DNA from: Alphaproteobacteria bacterium
GTDB taxonomy: Bacteria > Pseudomonadota > Alphaproteobacteria > SHVV01
NCBI GenBank assembly: GCA_965261735.1
Contig: OZ253470.1
Coordinates: forward strand, 224,001 to 288,000
Reading direction: 5' to 3'
DNA length: 64,000 bases
Below the pieces are notes generated by a model. It was not told the DNA's origin, did not search any database, and saw nothing but the letters and a program-made list of their open reading frames with translations. Positions 1 to 9,887 of this stretch are shown piece by piece. Each line of letters starts with the position of its first letter. Position 1 is the first letter of the stretch. Position numbers and translations under genes: made by a program.

Positions 1-64
1 GGATCGATGAGGCGGCAGGAACCAGCGAGACGTCGTCGAAGGTCAGTGCCTCTCGGATTTCCAT
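1..64 (-). CDS. guaB: IMP dehydrogenase, N-terminus (continues beyond the window)
   Basis: Reverse strand from the ATG at 62-64 reads MEIREALTFDDVSLVPAASSI (the conserved LTFDDV start of GuaB); GGGAG RBS upstream. Confidence 0.85.
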   Translation of the reverse strand, partial: MEIREALTFDDVSLVPAASSI

Positions 65-169
65 GGCGTCTCCCTGTTTTGCGGGCCGGCACTATGCCAC
101 GCCGAAGCACCGAATGGTAGCGACAACTAAAGGCTCGCAGGGCGCCGAATCGGCGCATGGCGAGCCCGC

Positions 170-877
170 TCAGGCGCCCTCGCCCGCCGCCTCGGGTCGA
201 AAGGAGAGGGCGACGAGGTAGGTCTCGGCCGACCCCGAGCGGCTCGCCTTGGGCTTGACGTGCCTGACCGATCGAAAGCGCCGCTTAAGCCGGGCCAGCA
301 GTTGCTGCTCCGTGCCGCCCTGCAACACTTTGGCGACAAAGGCGCCGCCGGGCCGCAGTAAGGCCTGCGCGATTTCTAGAGCCGTCTCGCAGGCCGCCAT
401 GACGCGAATGTGGTCGGTCCCCGAGTGGCCCGTGGCGGGGCCCGCCATATCGCTCAGCACCACGTCCGCGGGACCGCCCAGCGCCGCCCTCAGGCGCGCC
501 GCGGCTCCAGGCGCGCCAACGTCCAGCTTGACCACATCCACCCCCGGAAGCGGCGCCATCTCGCTCACATCGACCGCGACCACCGTGCCACGCGGGCCGC
601 GCCCGCGGGTGACGCGCTCGAGCGCGACCTGGGTCCAGCCGCCCGGCGCCGCACCGAGGTCGACGACCCGCCGACCCGGCTGGAGGAGGCCAAAACGGTC
701 GTCGATCTCGCGTAGCTTGTAGGCGGCGCGGGAGCGGTATCCGGCCTTACGGGCGGCCGCCACGTAGGGGTCATTGAGCTGGCGCTGGAGCCAGCGGGTC
801 GAAGAGACGGAGCGGCGGCGCCCCGGTTTGACACGCTCGCGCGTGCGCGCTCCGTCACCGGCGGCCGAGCCAGCCAC
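170..877 (-). CDS. rlmE: 23S rRNA Um2552 2'-O-methyltransferase RlmE/FtsJ
   Basis: WLQRQLNDPYV, GYRSRAAYKL, DLGAAPGGW, VLSDM and KPKASR motifs. Start is a probable GTG at 877. Confidence 0.95.
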   Translation of the reverse strand: MAGSAAGDGARTRERVKPGRRRSVSSTRWLQRQLNDPYVAAARKAGYRSRAAYKLREIDDRFGLLQPGRRVVDLGAAPGGWTQVALERVTRGRGPRGTVVAVDVSEMAPLPGVDVVKLDVGAPGAAARLRAALGGPADVVLSDMAGPATGHSGTDHIRVMAACETALEIAQALLRPGGAFVAKVLQGGTEQQLLARLKRRFRSVRHVKPKASRSGSAETYLVALSFRPEAAGEGA

Positions 878-879
878 GA

Positions 880-1941
880 CTAGGGGTGCTCGCCCGAATG
901 CGCGGCGGCCTCGAGGTCGGCCTCTCCCATGAGCGCAAGCAGCATGCCCTCGCGCAGGCCACGATCGGCGACCCGCAGCCGCTTGGCCGGCCAGGTCCGG
1001 GTAATGGCCTCGAGGATGGCGCACCCGGCGATCACGAGATCCGCGCGGCCGCGGCGGATGCAGGGATGGCGCGCGCGAGCTTCGTAGTCCATGGTCGCGA
1101 GCTGCCCGGTGGCGCGTGCGATATCTTCGATCATGAGCCAGCTGCCGTCGACCCGGCGCCGGTCGTACCTCGGCATCCCCAAGTGGACGGCGGCGAGCGT
1201 GGTGACGGTGCCGGACGTACCCAGCATTTGCGACGTTCCGGCCCTAATCCGCGGGGCCAGACGGTGCTCGTTCTCGAACGGCCGCAGCAGGTCCTCGACC
1301 TCGGTCACCATGGCATCGTAAACCTCGGGCGAGACGTCCCGGCCGCCGTAGCGCTCGGCGAAGGTGACGACGCCGCACGGCAGCGAGATGAGCGCCCGTA
1401 TCTCGGGCTGCTGACCGGGTGCGAGCCCAAGCCAGATAATCTCGGTGCTGCCGCCGCCGATGTCGAACAACAGCGCGTTCGGGCGCGACACGTCGAGCAG
1501 GGGGGCGCAACCCGCGAGCGCCAACAGAATCTCCTCGCGCGGCGTAATGATGTCGAGCGAGATGCCGGTTTCGGCCGCCGCCCGATCCACGAATTCGATG
1601 CAGTTCGAGGCCCGCCGGCAGGCTTCGGTGGCGACGCCCCTCAGACGCGTAACGCCGCGTCGCTCGATCTTGTTGGCACAAACCCGGAGCGCGGCGATGG
1701 TGCGCGCCATCGCCCCTTTGGAGAGAACGCCGCTTTCGCCAACCCCCTCGCCGAGGCGGACGATGCGCGAGAACGCGTCGATGACCTCGAAGCCGTCGGC
1801 CTTGGGTCGGGCCACGAGCAGGCGGCAATTGTTGGTACCGAGGTCGAGAGCCGCGAACACGTGGTCATGACGGCCGCGCGCCCCGCCGGATCGTCCCGGC
1901 GCTTCGTTCTGCGGTGCGGCGGGCGCTTGAAACGGCACCAC
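880..1941 (-). CDS. ppx: Ppx/GppA family phosphatase
   Basis: ALDLGTNNCRLL, VATEACR, DIGGGSTE, GTSGTVTT and DRGLREG motifs. Confidence 0.93.
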   Translation of the reverse strand: MVPFQAPAAPQNEAPGRSGGARGRHDHVFAALDLGTNNCRLLVARPKADGFEVIDAFSRIVRLGEGVGESGVLSKGAMARTIAALRVCANKIERRGVTRLRGVATEACRRASNCIEFVDRAAAETGISLDIITPREEILLALAGCAPLLDVSRPNALLFDIGGGSTEIIWLGLAPGQQPEIRALISLPCGVVTFAERYGGRDVSPEVYDAMVTEVEDLLRPFENEHRLAPRIRAGTSQMLGTSGTVTTLAAVHLGMPRYDRRRVDGSWLMIEDIARATGQLATMDYEARARHPCIRRGRADLVIAGCAILEAITRTWPAKRLRVADRGLREGMLLALMGEADLEAAAHSGEHP

Positions 1942-2049
1942 GGGACTCCCTGGCTTGAGTTAGCTTGGCGTACGCAGGGTCACGAGCCACGTCGCCCAAG
2001 TGTACCCATCTTTTGCGCAGGGTGCGACCCGTGGTGCGGGTTCCTGGCA

Positions 2050-2566
2050 CGAAACGCGACGAGTTCGACGAACTCAAGCCCACCTACATACTTGCGTACG
2101 ACGACGAAGCGACGCTGGTCGGAACCTGGCGTCTGTTGTCGACCGCGGGCGCCTACATGCTCAAAGACGTGTTTCCATTCTTGCTCGATGGAACCGCGGC
2201 GCCGCGGGATGCGGCGATTTGGGAAATGAGCCGCTTCGCCGTCGATCGGTCGCCGGTGAGCAGGGTCGGTCCGAACGGAATCTGCAGGTTCACCAATGAG
2301 TTGTTTTGCGGCCTCACCGAATTCTGCCTGTCGCGCGGCATCCGAGAGGTCGTCCAGGTCTACGACATCCGCGTCGCCCGGATTCTCCCGAGGTGGGATG
2401 CCATCCCTTCTGGCAAAGCCGGAAGCGCAGAGTAGGCAACACGATTGCTCTGGCGGGCCGCTTCACGACCGACGAAACGGCGCTGAGCCGCATCCGCCTG
2501 GCGACTGGAATCACCAGCTCCGTCCTTGGCGAATCAGTGCAAGCGCCATCCCGCAACGCCGCCTAG
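2050..2566 (+). pseudogene. Acyl-homoserine-lactone synthase (LuxI/TraI family), 5'-truncated and frameshifted
   Basis: RDEFD..YIL..VGTWRLL.T..YML..VFPFL..IWEMSRFAV. Frameshift near 2390 continues in ORF 2306..2566 (GCHPFW..). N-terminal RxxxFxxxxGW motif absent. Confidence 0.8.
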
Positions 2567-2611
2567 TCGGCCACCAGTCTCAGGAGAACACTTTGTGGTG
2601 GAGCCGGTCGA

Positions 2612-2849
2612 TGGCAGTCCCAAGAACAACGCCCTCGCCATTAAGTCGGCCCTTGAATACCTGCACGGCGAGGCACTGATGGCGGGCCTGTGCTTTGTCG
2701 CCCACCTGATCGGTGCCGCCTCCGCGGCCGTCGAACTCGACCGGCGGCACTCGGACGAAGCCGAGACCAATCCCGGTTTCAAGGAAAATGGCGCCGGCGG
2801 CGGGAGCACACCGAACGACCTCGAGCCTTTCACTGACAACAGCACATAA
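2612..2849 (+). CDS. Small hypothetical protein (approximate start)
   Basis: Protein-like segment AIKSALEYLHGEALMAGLCFVAHLIGAAS directly after the luxI remnant. Confidence 0.35.
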
Positions 2850-2929
2850 GGGGCGCTGCGATGTCTTCGATAACCGCAACTCACGATGTTTCGGCGCGGC
2901 GAGCCAGGAAAATCCCTGGCCCGTCCGGA

Positions 2930-3361
2930 TGGAGTCATGTCTTCGAGTAGGAGTAGGAACTCGCCCGATTCGGGGTCAAAGGAGCTGACATAGCCTTTCG
3001 GGGTCCGCACCGGGCCTTTCGGGGTCCGCACCGGGACGTCGCGCGCGATCCGACCGTAGAAGTTGACCTCGCGTTCGTAGAGCCGGAAGAGACCGGCCAC
3101 GGTTCGCATCTGCTCGCGCGTCGAGGGCAGCTTCGCGACAAGTGAGGCTGGACCATTCGAGCCGTCTGATTCGTATTCGATGCGAAGCCGTCGCACCTCG
3201 CTCGTGAAGCTCGTCCCCTCTTCCTCCGGCTCGCTCGTCCACGAACGCACGGTACGGTTGCTAAGCGGATCCATCGCCCGAATGGCGCGGGTCAGTAGCT
3301 CGGTCGAGACCTCTGTGCCGCCCTCTAGGGGCGCGGGACCCGACGCGAGAGCTTCCGTCAT
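2930..3361 (-). pseudogene. Phosphotransferase (APH/EcKinase-like) N-terminal fragment
   Basis: MTEALASG..GPASLVAKLPS..LYEREVNFY..FLLLLEDM; C-terminal catalytic lobe missing; GGAGA RBS upstream. Confidence 0.65.
2993..3034. repeat. Perfect 21-bp tandem duplication
   Basis: GCCTTTCGGGGTCCGCACCGG x2, in frame, giving PVRTPKG PVRTPKG. Confidence 0.9.
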
Positions 3362-3386
3362 GCCCGTGTCTCCTCTCCCTTCCTGC

Positions 3387-4820
3387 GATCGTGTCCCGCG
3401 GAGTGGTGTAAGAGCGTTGCGCTCTACGCGGCTCCCGGCGGGTAGGGCCGGGACGTTCAGGCTGCCACGGTGGGCAGCGTGATGGGGACACCATCGCTCA
3501 GCGGAGCGATGGATTCCAGCGTCATGTATCTCCTTGAGACGGCCCACTCGTCGTTCTGCTCGAGAAGGATGGCGCCGACGAGCCGTGTGATGGCGGCTTC
3601 GTTGGGAAAGATACCGACGACGTTGGTGCGACGCTTGACCTCGGCATGGAGCCGTTCGATCGGGTTTGTGGAGTGCAATTTCTGGCGGTGCTCCCTGGGG
3701 AAGCTCATGTAGGCGAGGACGTCGTGCTCGGCTTCGTCCATGAGAACTGCCAGCTTGGGCACCTTGGGCCTGAGCTGGTCGGCGACCTGGCGCCACTGGA
3801 CCTTCGCGCTGTCGGCGTCCTCCTGGGCGAAGGCGGAGACGACGCGCCGGCCCTGGCGGCCGGCATGGGCCAGCAGGTTGCGGGCGAAGTGCACGCGGCA
3901 GCGCTGCCATGTGGCGCCGAGGATCCGGGTCGCGGCGGCCTTCAGGCCCTTGTGGTCGTCGGAGATCACCAGCTTCACGCCGCGCAGCCCGCGCCGGGCC
4001 AGCGAGCGCAGGAACTCGATCCAGAAGGTCTCGGCCTCCGACGCGCCGATCGCCACGCCCAGGACCTCGCGGCGGCCTTGGTCGTTGACGGCCACAGCCA
4101 CGGTCACCGCGACCGAGACGATGCGTCCGGTCTGGCGCACCTTCACGTAGGTGGCGTCGAGCCACAGATAGGGTCAGTCGCCCTCCAGCGGTCGATCGAG
4201 GAAGCCGGTGACCTTATCGTCGATCTCGCCGCACAGCCTGGAGACCTGGCTCTTGGAGGCGCCCGACATCCCCATCGCCTGAACCAGATCGTCGACCGAG
4301 CGGGTCGACACCCCCTGGATGTAGGCCTCCTGGATCACCGCAGCCAGCGCCTTCTCGGCCATCCGCCGCGGCTCCAGGAAGCCCGGGAAGTAGCTTCCCT
4401 TCCTCAGCTTCGGGATCTTCAGCTCGACCGTGCCGGCCCGCGTCTCCCAGGACCGGTCGCGGTAGCCGTTGCGATGGGTGATACGATCCGCCGAGCGCTC
4501 GCCGTGCCCGGCGCCGGTCAGGCCCTCAACCTCCAGTGCCATCAGCCGCTCGGCCGTGAAGCCGATCATCTCGCAAAGCAGATCGGCATCGGAGCTCTTC
4601 TCCAAAAGCGCGCGCAGGGTCATCATGTCCTGGGTCATCGTGGTTCTCCTTCGGGTCAGGTTGGTTTGCACTAGCCCAACCCTAAACCGGAACCGCGATG
4701 GCCTCCGCTGTGGATAGCCGGCTTGCCTACGCCAGACTCTCGGCGGTCGCTACGGCAAGCCGCCTACCCACAGCTACCAGAGGCTCCAACAACTCCTACA
4801 CCACGTCCTGGGACACGACC
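3387..4820 (-). mobile_element. IS256-family insertion sequence with 8-bp TSD
   Basis: Imperfect terminal IRs GATCGTGTCCCGCGGAGTGGTGTAAGAG / CTCCTACACCACGTCCTGGGACACGACC; CTTCCTGC flanks both ends (3379-3386 and 4821-4828). Confidence 0.93.
3457..4638 (-). pseudogene. IS256 transposase with an internal nonsense codon
   Basis: [27 protein letters not shown] and STNPIER motifs. In-frame TGA at 4174-4176 in LEGD*PYLWLDATY, where Trp is expected. Confidence 0.9.
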
Positions 4821-4861
4821 CTTCCTGCGAGCCCGATCCGACCAGTACCCCGCGCCTTCGG

Positions 4862-4891
4862 TTGACAAGTTCTGGCGGCGGCAATAAGCGT
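4862..4891 (+). promoter_or_regulatory. Probable sigma70 promoter of tRNA-Gln
   Basis: Perfect TTGACA at 4862-4867, a weak -10 (TAAGCG) 17 bp downstream, and a GC-rich stretch before the tRNA. Confidence 0.5.
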
Positions 4892-4913
4892 TGGCGTGCG
4901 GGCCCTTCCTTGC

Positions 4914-4987
4914 TGGGGGATAGTTTAGCGGTAAAACTCTCGGCTCTGACCCGAGCGACCCTGGTTCGAATCCAGGTCCCCCAGCCA
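4914..4987 (+). tRNA. tRNA-Gln (anticodon CTG)
   Basis: Acceptor TGGGGGA/TCCCCCA, anticodon arm CTCGG-CTCTGAC-CCGAG, T-loop GGTTCGAATCC, encoded CCA. Confidence 0.96.
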
Positions 4988-5162
4988 GCCACCCCGGCGA
5001 GGCAGTCTCTTCATCGCATGGCGCGGCCAACCCACGGAAAACAGGGCCTGTTTCGCGGTCAATCGGAATTCGCAGCTCCTGAACGCGGGAGCATTTCCGG
5101 CAATTACCGGGCTTCGCGGTGTGCGGTCTCCGCGAGCGCGATGCAAGGGTGAGTTTGGCGGA

Positions 5163-5362
5163 AACAGGGAATTTTTGCGATTTCGGCCTCAAAACAGGGA
5201 GAATATTGCGGGTTTTCCAACCAATAAACCGAGAGCCTCCGTAATATCAATGCCTTACAAACTTTTCCTGTTTTTTTCGGAACAGGGAAACGAATAGTTG
5301 ATAACAGGGAGACAAATGGAGGGAACAGGGAAACGAATCGAGGGAACAGGGAATAATCAGGG
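5163..5362. repeat. Phased AACAGGGA direct repeats
   Basis: Copies at 5163, 5193, 5281, 5303, 5324 and 5345, an inverted variant at about 5265 and a partial at 5356; AT-rich context. Confidence 0.85.
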
Positions 5363-5400
5363 CCGTCTTGCCCGTAGTCGAGTGAGTGGGGTGCCGATCC

Positions 5401-6990
5401 CTATTCCGGCGATGCCGCAAACGGGAAGCGGGCGGCTTGCTGCGACCAGTCGAGCGGCATCGGGCCCTTGAGGAGCCGTGACAGTGTCAGGCCTGCGGAT
5501 TGGCGACCTTCAACGATCGCCCGCTGGATCTCTGGCGCCAGAAAGGCCAGGCGGACGAGCCGGCGTCGATGGGGCGTATCGGGTACTGCAGTGAGTGCCG
5601 GCAGCCCGTCATCGTCATAGTGCAGCATGGCGTGAGCGGAGCGGAGCGCCCTGACCAGAACCGGGCCCGGCATGTGACCCGGACTTTGGCCCTTAAGAAC
5701 CCAGGTCTGACCGCGACGCCGGACCAGGGGCAGATGCAGCCTGGCGAGGCGCGCATCCACTGGATCCGGCTCGACCCGTTCGTGGGGCTCGAGGCGCTCG
5801 CGCATCGCGACGATCCGGTCGATCGGCAGCAAGCAGTGCAGCGACTGATCGTGGAGCTCGGCGCGGACAACAAGCGTGATGGGATCGTCCGGACATCCCG
5901 GGATCACGCGACGCAGCGCGGTCGCGAGGGCGACTTCGAGCGATGGTGCGGAAATGCGCCGGATGGCTGTGTCGGATGGATCGCGCCTTGCACCTTGCTG
6001 AAGCGGTGCCGAGACGTAGTAGCGATAGAGCTTGCCGCCTCTCCCATAGGAGAAGGTCGGCGACATCGGCTGGCCATCCGCATCGAAGAGGCGCCCGGCC
6101 AGAGGGGCATTCGACTTCTGCTCCAGCTTCGATGCGCGACGGCGAGTGTTCGCATCGAGGCGCGCCTGGACAGCCTCGAAGAGATCGGCATCGATGATGG
6201 CCTGGTGCCGGCCCGGATGCACCCTCCCCTTGTGGACGATCAGGCCGCGATAGACTCTGTTGCGCAGCAGTTGAAAGAGCGCGCCGCGGCTGAACGGCCG
6301 GCCGCCGGATAGTCGACCCGCCCGCGTCACCCGCCGCTTCGAACGGATGCCCCGATCCTCAAGCCATCGCTGCAGCGCGTGCACGGAACCGAGATCGACA
6401 TAGGCTCCGAAGATGGTGCGCACGATCTCGGCCTCCTCCTGGTTGACCGCCAGGGCGCGCGTGCCATCCCCAGGTGGGTCGTAGCCAAGCGGCACAGTGC
6501 CCCCCATCCACATGCCCTTGGCCTTGGAGGCCGCGATCTTGTCGCGGATGCGCTCGCCCGTCACCTCGCGCTCGAACTGCGCGAAGGACAACAGCACGTT
6601 CAGTGTCAGGCGGCCCATGCTGGTCGTGGTGTTGAAGGCCTGGGTGACGCTGACGAAGCTGACCCGACGGCGATCGAAGATCTCGATCATGCGTGCGAAG
6701 TCGGCCAAGGACCGGGTCAGGCGGTCGATCTTGTAGACGACGACCACGTCGACCTTGCCGGCTTCGATGTCGCAGAGGAGCCGCTTGAGCGCCGGGCGCT
6801 CCATGGATGCGCCAGAGAAACCGCCATCGTCGTAGCGGGCCCGGACCGCTCTCCAACCTTCGCTGGCCTGGCTCTTCACATACGCCTCGCAGGCTTCGCG
6901 CTGTGCATCGAGGGAGTTGAACGCCTGCTCGAGGCCTTCCTCGGTGCTCTTCCTCGTATAGAGGGCACAGTGGAGACGGGGTTGGCTCAT
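5401..6990 (-). CDS. Large serine recombinase (resolvase + recombinase domains)
   Basis: CALYTRKS, YDDGGFSG, VYKIDRLTRS, SFAQFERE and WMGGTVPLGY motifs; ATG at 6990 overlaps the upstream stop. Confidence 0.92.
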   Translation of the reverse strand: MSQPRLHCALYTRKSTEEGLEQAFNSLDAQREACEAYVKSQASEGWRAVRARYDDGGFSGASMERPALKRLLCDIEAGKVDVVVVYKIDRLTRSLADFARMIEIFDRRRVSFVSVTQAFNTTTSMGRLTLNVLLSFAQFEREVTGERIRDKIAASKAKGMWMGGTVPLGYDPPGDGTRALAVNQEEAEIVRTIFGAYVDLGSVHALQRWLEDRGIRSKRRVTRAGRLSGGRPFSRGALFQLLRNRVYRGLIVHKGRVHPGRHQAIIDADLFEAVQARLDANTRRRASKLEQKSNAPLAGRLFDADGQPMSPTFSYGRGGKLYRYYVSAPLQQGARRDPSDTAIRRISAPSLEVALATALRRVIPGCPDDPITLVVRAELHDQSLHCLLPIDRIVAMRERLEPHERVEPDPVDARLARLHLPLVRRRGQTWVLKGQSPGHMPGPVLVRALRSAHAMLHYDDDGLPALTAVPDTPHRRRLVRLAFLAPEIQRAIVEGRQSAGLTLSRLLKGPMPLDWSQQAARFPFAASPE

Positions 6991-7400
6991 TTGGCGGATC
7001 GGAGGCCGAAGAAGCGCGGGCCATTCCAACGCGTGCCCGCGATCGCGGTCGCGGCCGCGGAGAGGCTCTTGAAGAGTTGACCCCCGTGGCGAAACCCCTC
7101 TTCTTCGACCGTGACCTGGACGATCCGCCCCCGCCATTCACGCCGCAGCGTGGTCCCGATCCCGAGCTCAAGACCTTCTGCCTGGACCCGCTGGCGGCGC
7201 TTGAGCTTGCGCCGTGTGTCACGATCGAGACCGCCGAGAGCCTCTGCCTGCAGCCGCCAGGCCAGACAATAACGCAACAGCGCGGCCGAGCGCAGCTTCG
7301 GCGGGACACCGTAGCGGTTGCGCCAAACCTCTCGAAGCCCTTCGAGACCAAGGGGCGTGAGCGCCTCGATCTCGTCCGCAAGCGGCGCCTCGCCGGTCAT
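6987..7400 (-). CDS. DUF2924 domain protein
   Basis: LAWRLQ...GTTLRREWRG...SLSAAATAIAGTRWNGPRFFGL. Confidence 0.85.
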   Translation of the reverse strand: MTGEAPLADEIEALTPLGLEGLREVWRNRYGVPPKLRSAALLRYCLAWRLQAEALGGLDRDTRRKLKRRQRVQAEGLELGIGTTLRREWRGRIVQVTVEEEGFRHGGQLFKSLSAAATAIAGTRWNGPRFFGLRSAK

Positions 7401-7693
7401 GTCACCGGTTCCTCGATGCGGTAGCGCCGCTGGCCCCCTTCTTTCTCGGACCCGATGACGTGGCCCTTGCGCCGCAGCGCACCTGCGAGCGCACCTCGAA
7501 CCGAATGGGGCTGCCAGCCCGTTGCCTTACAGAGTTGGGCGATGGTCGCGCCGCCCGGGGCACTGAGATGGGCGACGAGAAGCGCGAGCTTCGTGGTCCC
7601 CGGCGGCTTCGGAGCTGTCGCCTTTGAGTTCTTGCGGGTGGTCGCCTTCGCGGCACGCGATACCGACCTCTTCTTCAACGGCTTGCTGGTCAT
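7397..7693 (-). CDS. DUF3489 domain protein (winged-helix-like)
   Basis: TKLALLVAHLSAPGGATIAQLCKATGWQPHSVRGALAG. Confidence 0.85.
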   Translation of the reverse strand: MTSKPLKKRSVSRAAKATTRKNSKATAPKPPGTTKLALLVAHLSAPGGATIAQLCKATGWQPHSVRGALAGALRRKGHVIGSEKEGGQRRYRIEEPVT

Positions 7694-7893
7694 GGTGTTC
7701 TCCTCGGATATTGCGGCGCAGGTCGGCGCCGCTACCGGGGCAAGCCCGGGGTGGCCGGGCGTCGTCGCACTGACGCTCCATTGCGCCGGCGAGTCCAGTG
7801 CTTTCGCACAGTATTGTGGCTATCGCGGGCAATGGGGTATGCGCCTGCAGCCTCGCCTGCTCATCGTTGTTGGTCTTGCAATTCTGATGATAT

Positions 7894-7908
7894 GTTCTAT
7901 CTATGTTC
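7894..7908. promoter_or_regulatory. Alphaproteobacterial LexA (SOS) box
   Basis: Exact GTTC-TATCTAT-GTTC, just downstream of a TTGCAA -35-like hexamer at 7876, in the divergent intergenic region. Confidence 0.75.
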
Positions 7909-8049
7909 TATAGCGAGGAGGCATGGTGGTCTAAGCGAGAAAGCATGTGGGACCGGAGAGCAATGGCACTCGGAGCCGGCCCGGCCCGGCTCCGCTGGCT
8001 CATCGCCGGATGAATGCCCGGATGACCGGGCAGAAAATCGGAGGGGTTC

Positions 8050-9321
8050 ATGACGGACAGTGCGGCAAGTTCCGATGCTCTCGCGGTCGAATACCGGACG
8101 GTCGGCAGCCTCAAGCCCGATCCGCGTAATGCACGAACGCATCCCAAGCGGCAGCTCGAGCAAATCACGGCCTCGATCAAGGAGTTCGGCTTCACCAACC
8201 CGATCCTGATCGATGAACAGAGCGCCATCATCGCGGGGCACGGACGGCTGCACGCCGCAAAAGAGGCGGGTCTCGCGGAGGTTCCGACCATTGTGCTCGC
8301 AGGACTGACCGATGGTCAGAAGCGCGCACTGAGACTGGCCGACAACAAGATCGCGCTCAGTGCGAACTGGGATCTCGATCTCCTGAAGCTGGAGTTGGGC
8401 GATCTCGCCGGCATGAACTTCGATCTCGGCCTCACGGGTTTCTCGGTGGGGGAGATCGATATCGCCCTTTCGGGTGCGGACGAACCGGACGACGATCATC
8501 TCCCGGAGATAAAACCGTCGCCGCGAACCCGACCGGATGACATCTGGATCCTCGGCGACCATCGCCTTGGCTGCGGGGACGGTCGCGACCGCACGTTCCT
8601 GCGGCGTGTCATCGGGAAAGGCGTGAAGATCGACGCTGCCTTTCTCGATCCACCTTACAATGTCGCGATCGGCGGGCACGCCAACACGCGTGGCCGCCAC
8701 CGCGAATTCGCGATGGCCTCCGGCGAGATGAGCCGGGATGAGTTCCGCACGTTCCTCACAGACGCTTTGGGGGCGTGCGTCGCCGCATCCCGTGACGGCG
8801 CCGTTCACTTCGTTTGCATGGATTGGCGCCATATGGATGACCTTTCCGCCATCGGCCGGGACGTCTACGGCGACCTGCTCAATCTGTGCATCTGGAACAA
8901 GTCCAATGCCGGGATGGGCTCGCTCTACCGCTCAAAGCATGAACTGATCTTCGTCTACCGGGTTGGCCAGGCACCACACTTCAATGCGGTCGAGCTTGGC
9001 AAGCACGGCCGCAATCGCACCAACGTCTGGGACTACGCTTCCGTCAACACCGTGGCCGGAAGCCGGCGCGAAGATCTCAAACTCCATCCGACGGTCAAGC
9101 CGACAGCACTTGTCGCCGATGCGATCCAGGATGTGACCAGGCGCGGCGATCTCGTCTTGGATGTCTTCTCTGGATCAGGCACCACACTCGTCGCATCGGA
9201 GCGAACCGGTCGGCGTTTCCGCGGCGTGGAGATCGATCCGGCTTATGTGGACGTGGCGATCGATCGGTGGGAGGCCATGACCGGCGGGAAGGCCAAGCTC
9301 AGCAGGAAGGCCCAGGCATGA
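8050..9321 (+). CDS. ParB-N domain + N6/N4 DNA methyltransferase
   Basis: RNARTH..FGFTNPILID..IAGHGR..LADNK (ParB-N), then DPPY, HPTVKP and DVFSGSGTT. Confidence 0.92.
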   Translation: MTDSAASSDALAVEYRTVGSLKPDPRNARTHPKRQLEQITASIKEFGFTNPILIDEQSAIIAGHGRLHAAKEAGLAEVPTIVLAGLTDGQKRALRLADNKIALSANWDLDLLKLELGDLAGMNFDLGLTGFSVGEIDIALSGADEPDDDHLPEIKPSPRTRPDDIWILGDHRLGCGDGRDRTFLRRVIGKGVKIDAAFLDPPYNVAIGGHANTRGRHREFAMASGEMSRDEFRTFLTDALGACVAASRDGAVHFVCMDWRHMDDLSAIGRDVYGDLLNLCIWNKSNAGMGSLYRSKHELIFVYRVGQAPHFNAVELGKHGRNRTNVWDYASVNTVAGSRREDLKLHPTVKPTALVADAIQDVTRRGDLVLDVFSGSGTTLVASERTGRRFRGVEIDPAYVDVAIDRWEAMTGGKAKLSRKAQA

Positions 9322-9887
9322 GCAAGGTCGGGCCAGGGCACCCGCCGAAGAGCACGCGCTTCCCGAAAGGAGTGAGCGGCAATCCCCACGGCAGACCTAG
9401 GAAGGAGCGCCCCGCGGACTCGACTTCCGCTTTCGATGTAGTCGTCGACAAGAAATTGACGATCGACCAGAACTGCAAGTCCCGCGAGGTCACGATCGAG
9501 GAGGCGCTTTGGCACAAGACATATCAAAACGCGATCGCCGGCAATCGCTCGGCCAAGCGCGAAGTTCTGAAGATGATCAAGAAGCGGGATGCCCATCTCG
9601 TCGCCCGCAAGGCCAAAAAACCGGCGCCGCGGAATGATGTCAAGTTCGTGTATCCCCCGGCCGATGTCGAAGAGGCGATGCTGATACTCGGGATAGCGAC
9701 CCAACACCCTGCCTGCGAGGATTTGGAAGCGGATCGCGAACAGCTTCTGCTTGAACCCTGGGCCGTGCAGGCCGCGCTCGAGCAACGCCATGGCGACAGC
9801 AAGCTCACACGGCGAGAGATGGAGGAGACCCAGCGGTGTACCCGTGATGCAGCGACCTTGTGTTGGCCAGGCGGGACCGCCGAATGA
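9318..9887 (+). CDS. DUF5681 domain protein
   Basis: MSKVGPGHPPKSTRFPKGVSGNPHGRP; ATGA-type overlap with the methyltransferase gene. Confidence 0.8.
   Translation: MSKVGPGHPPKSTRFPKGVSGNPHGRPRKERPADSTSAFDVVVDKKLTIDQNCKSREVTIEEALWHKTYQNAIAGNRSAKREVLKMIKKRDAHLVARKAKKPAPRNDVKFVYPPADVEEAMLILGIATQHPACEDLEADREQLLLEPWAVQAALEQRHGDSKLTRREMEETQRCTRDAATLCWPGGTAE

Noticed and set aside
4174-4176. TGA recoded as Trp (alternative genetic code)
   Set aside because: TGA is used as a normal stop throughout the window, including in many ATGA overlaps; a single nonsense mutation is simpler.
5163-5362. AACAGGGA repeats as a CRISPR array
   Set aside because: Units are 8-15 bp with a period of about 21 bp, there are no 30-40 bp unique spacers, and no cas genes were seen.
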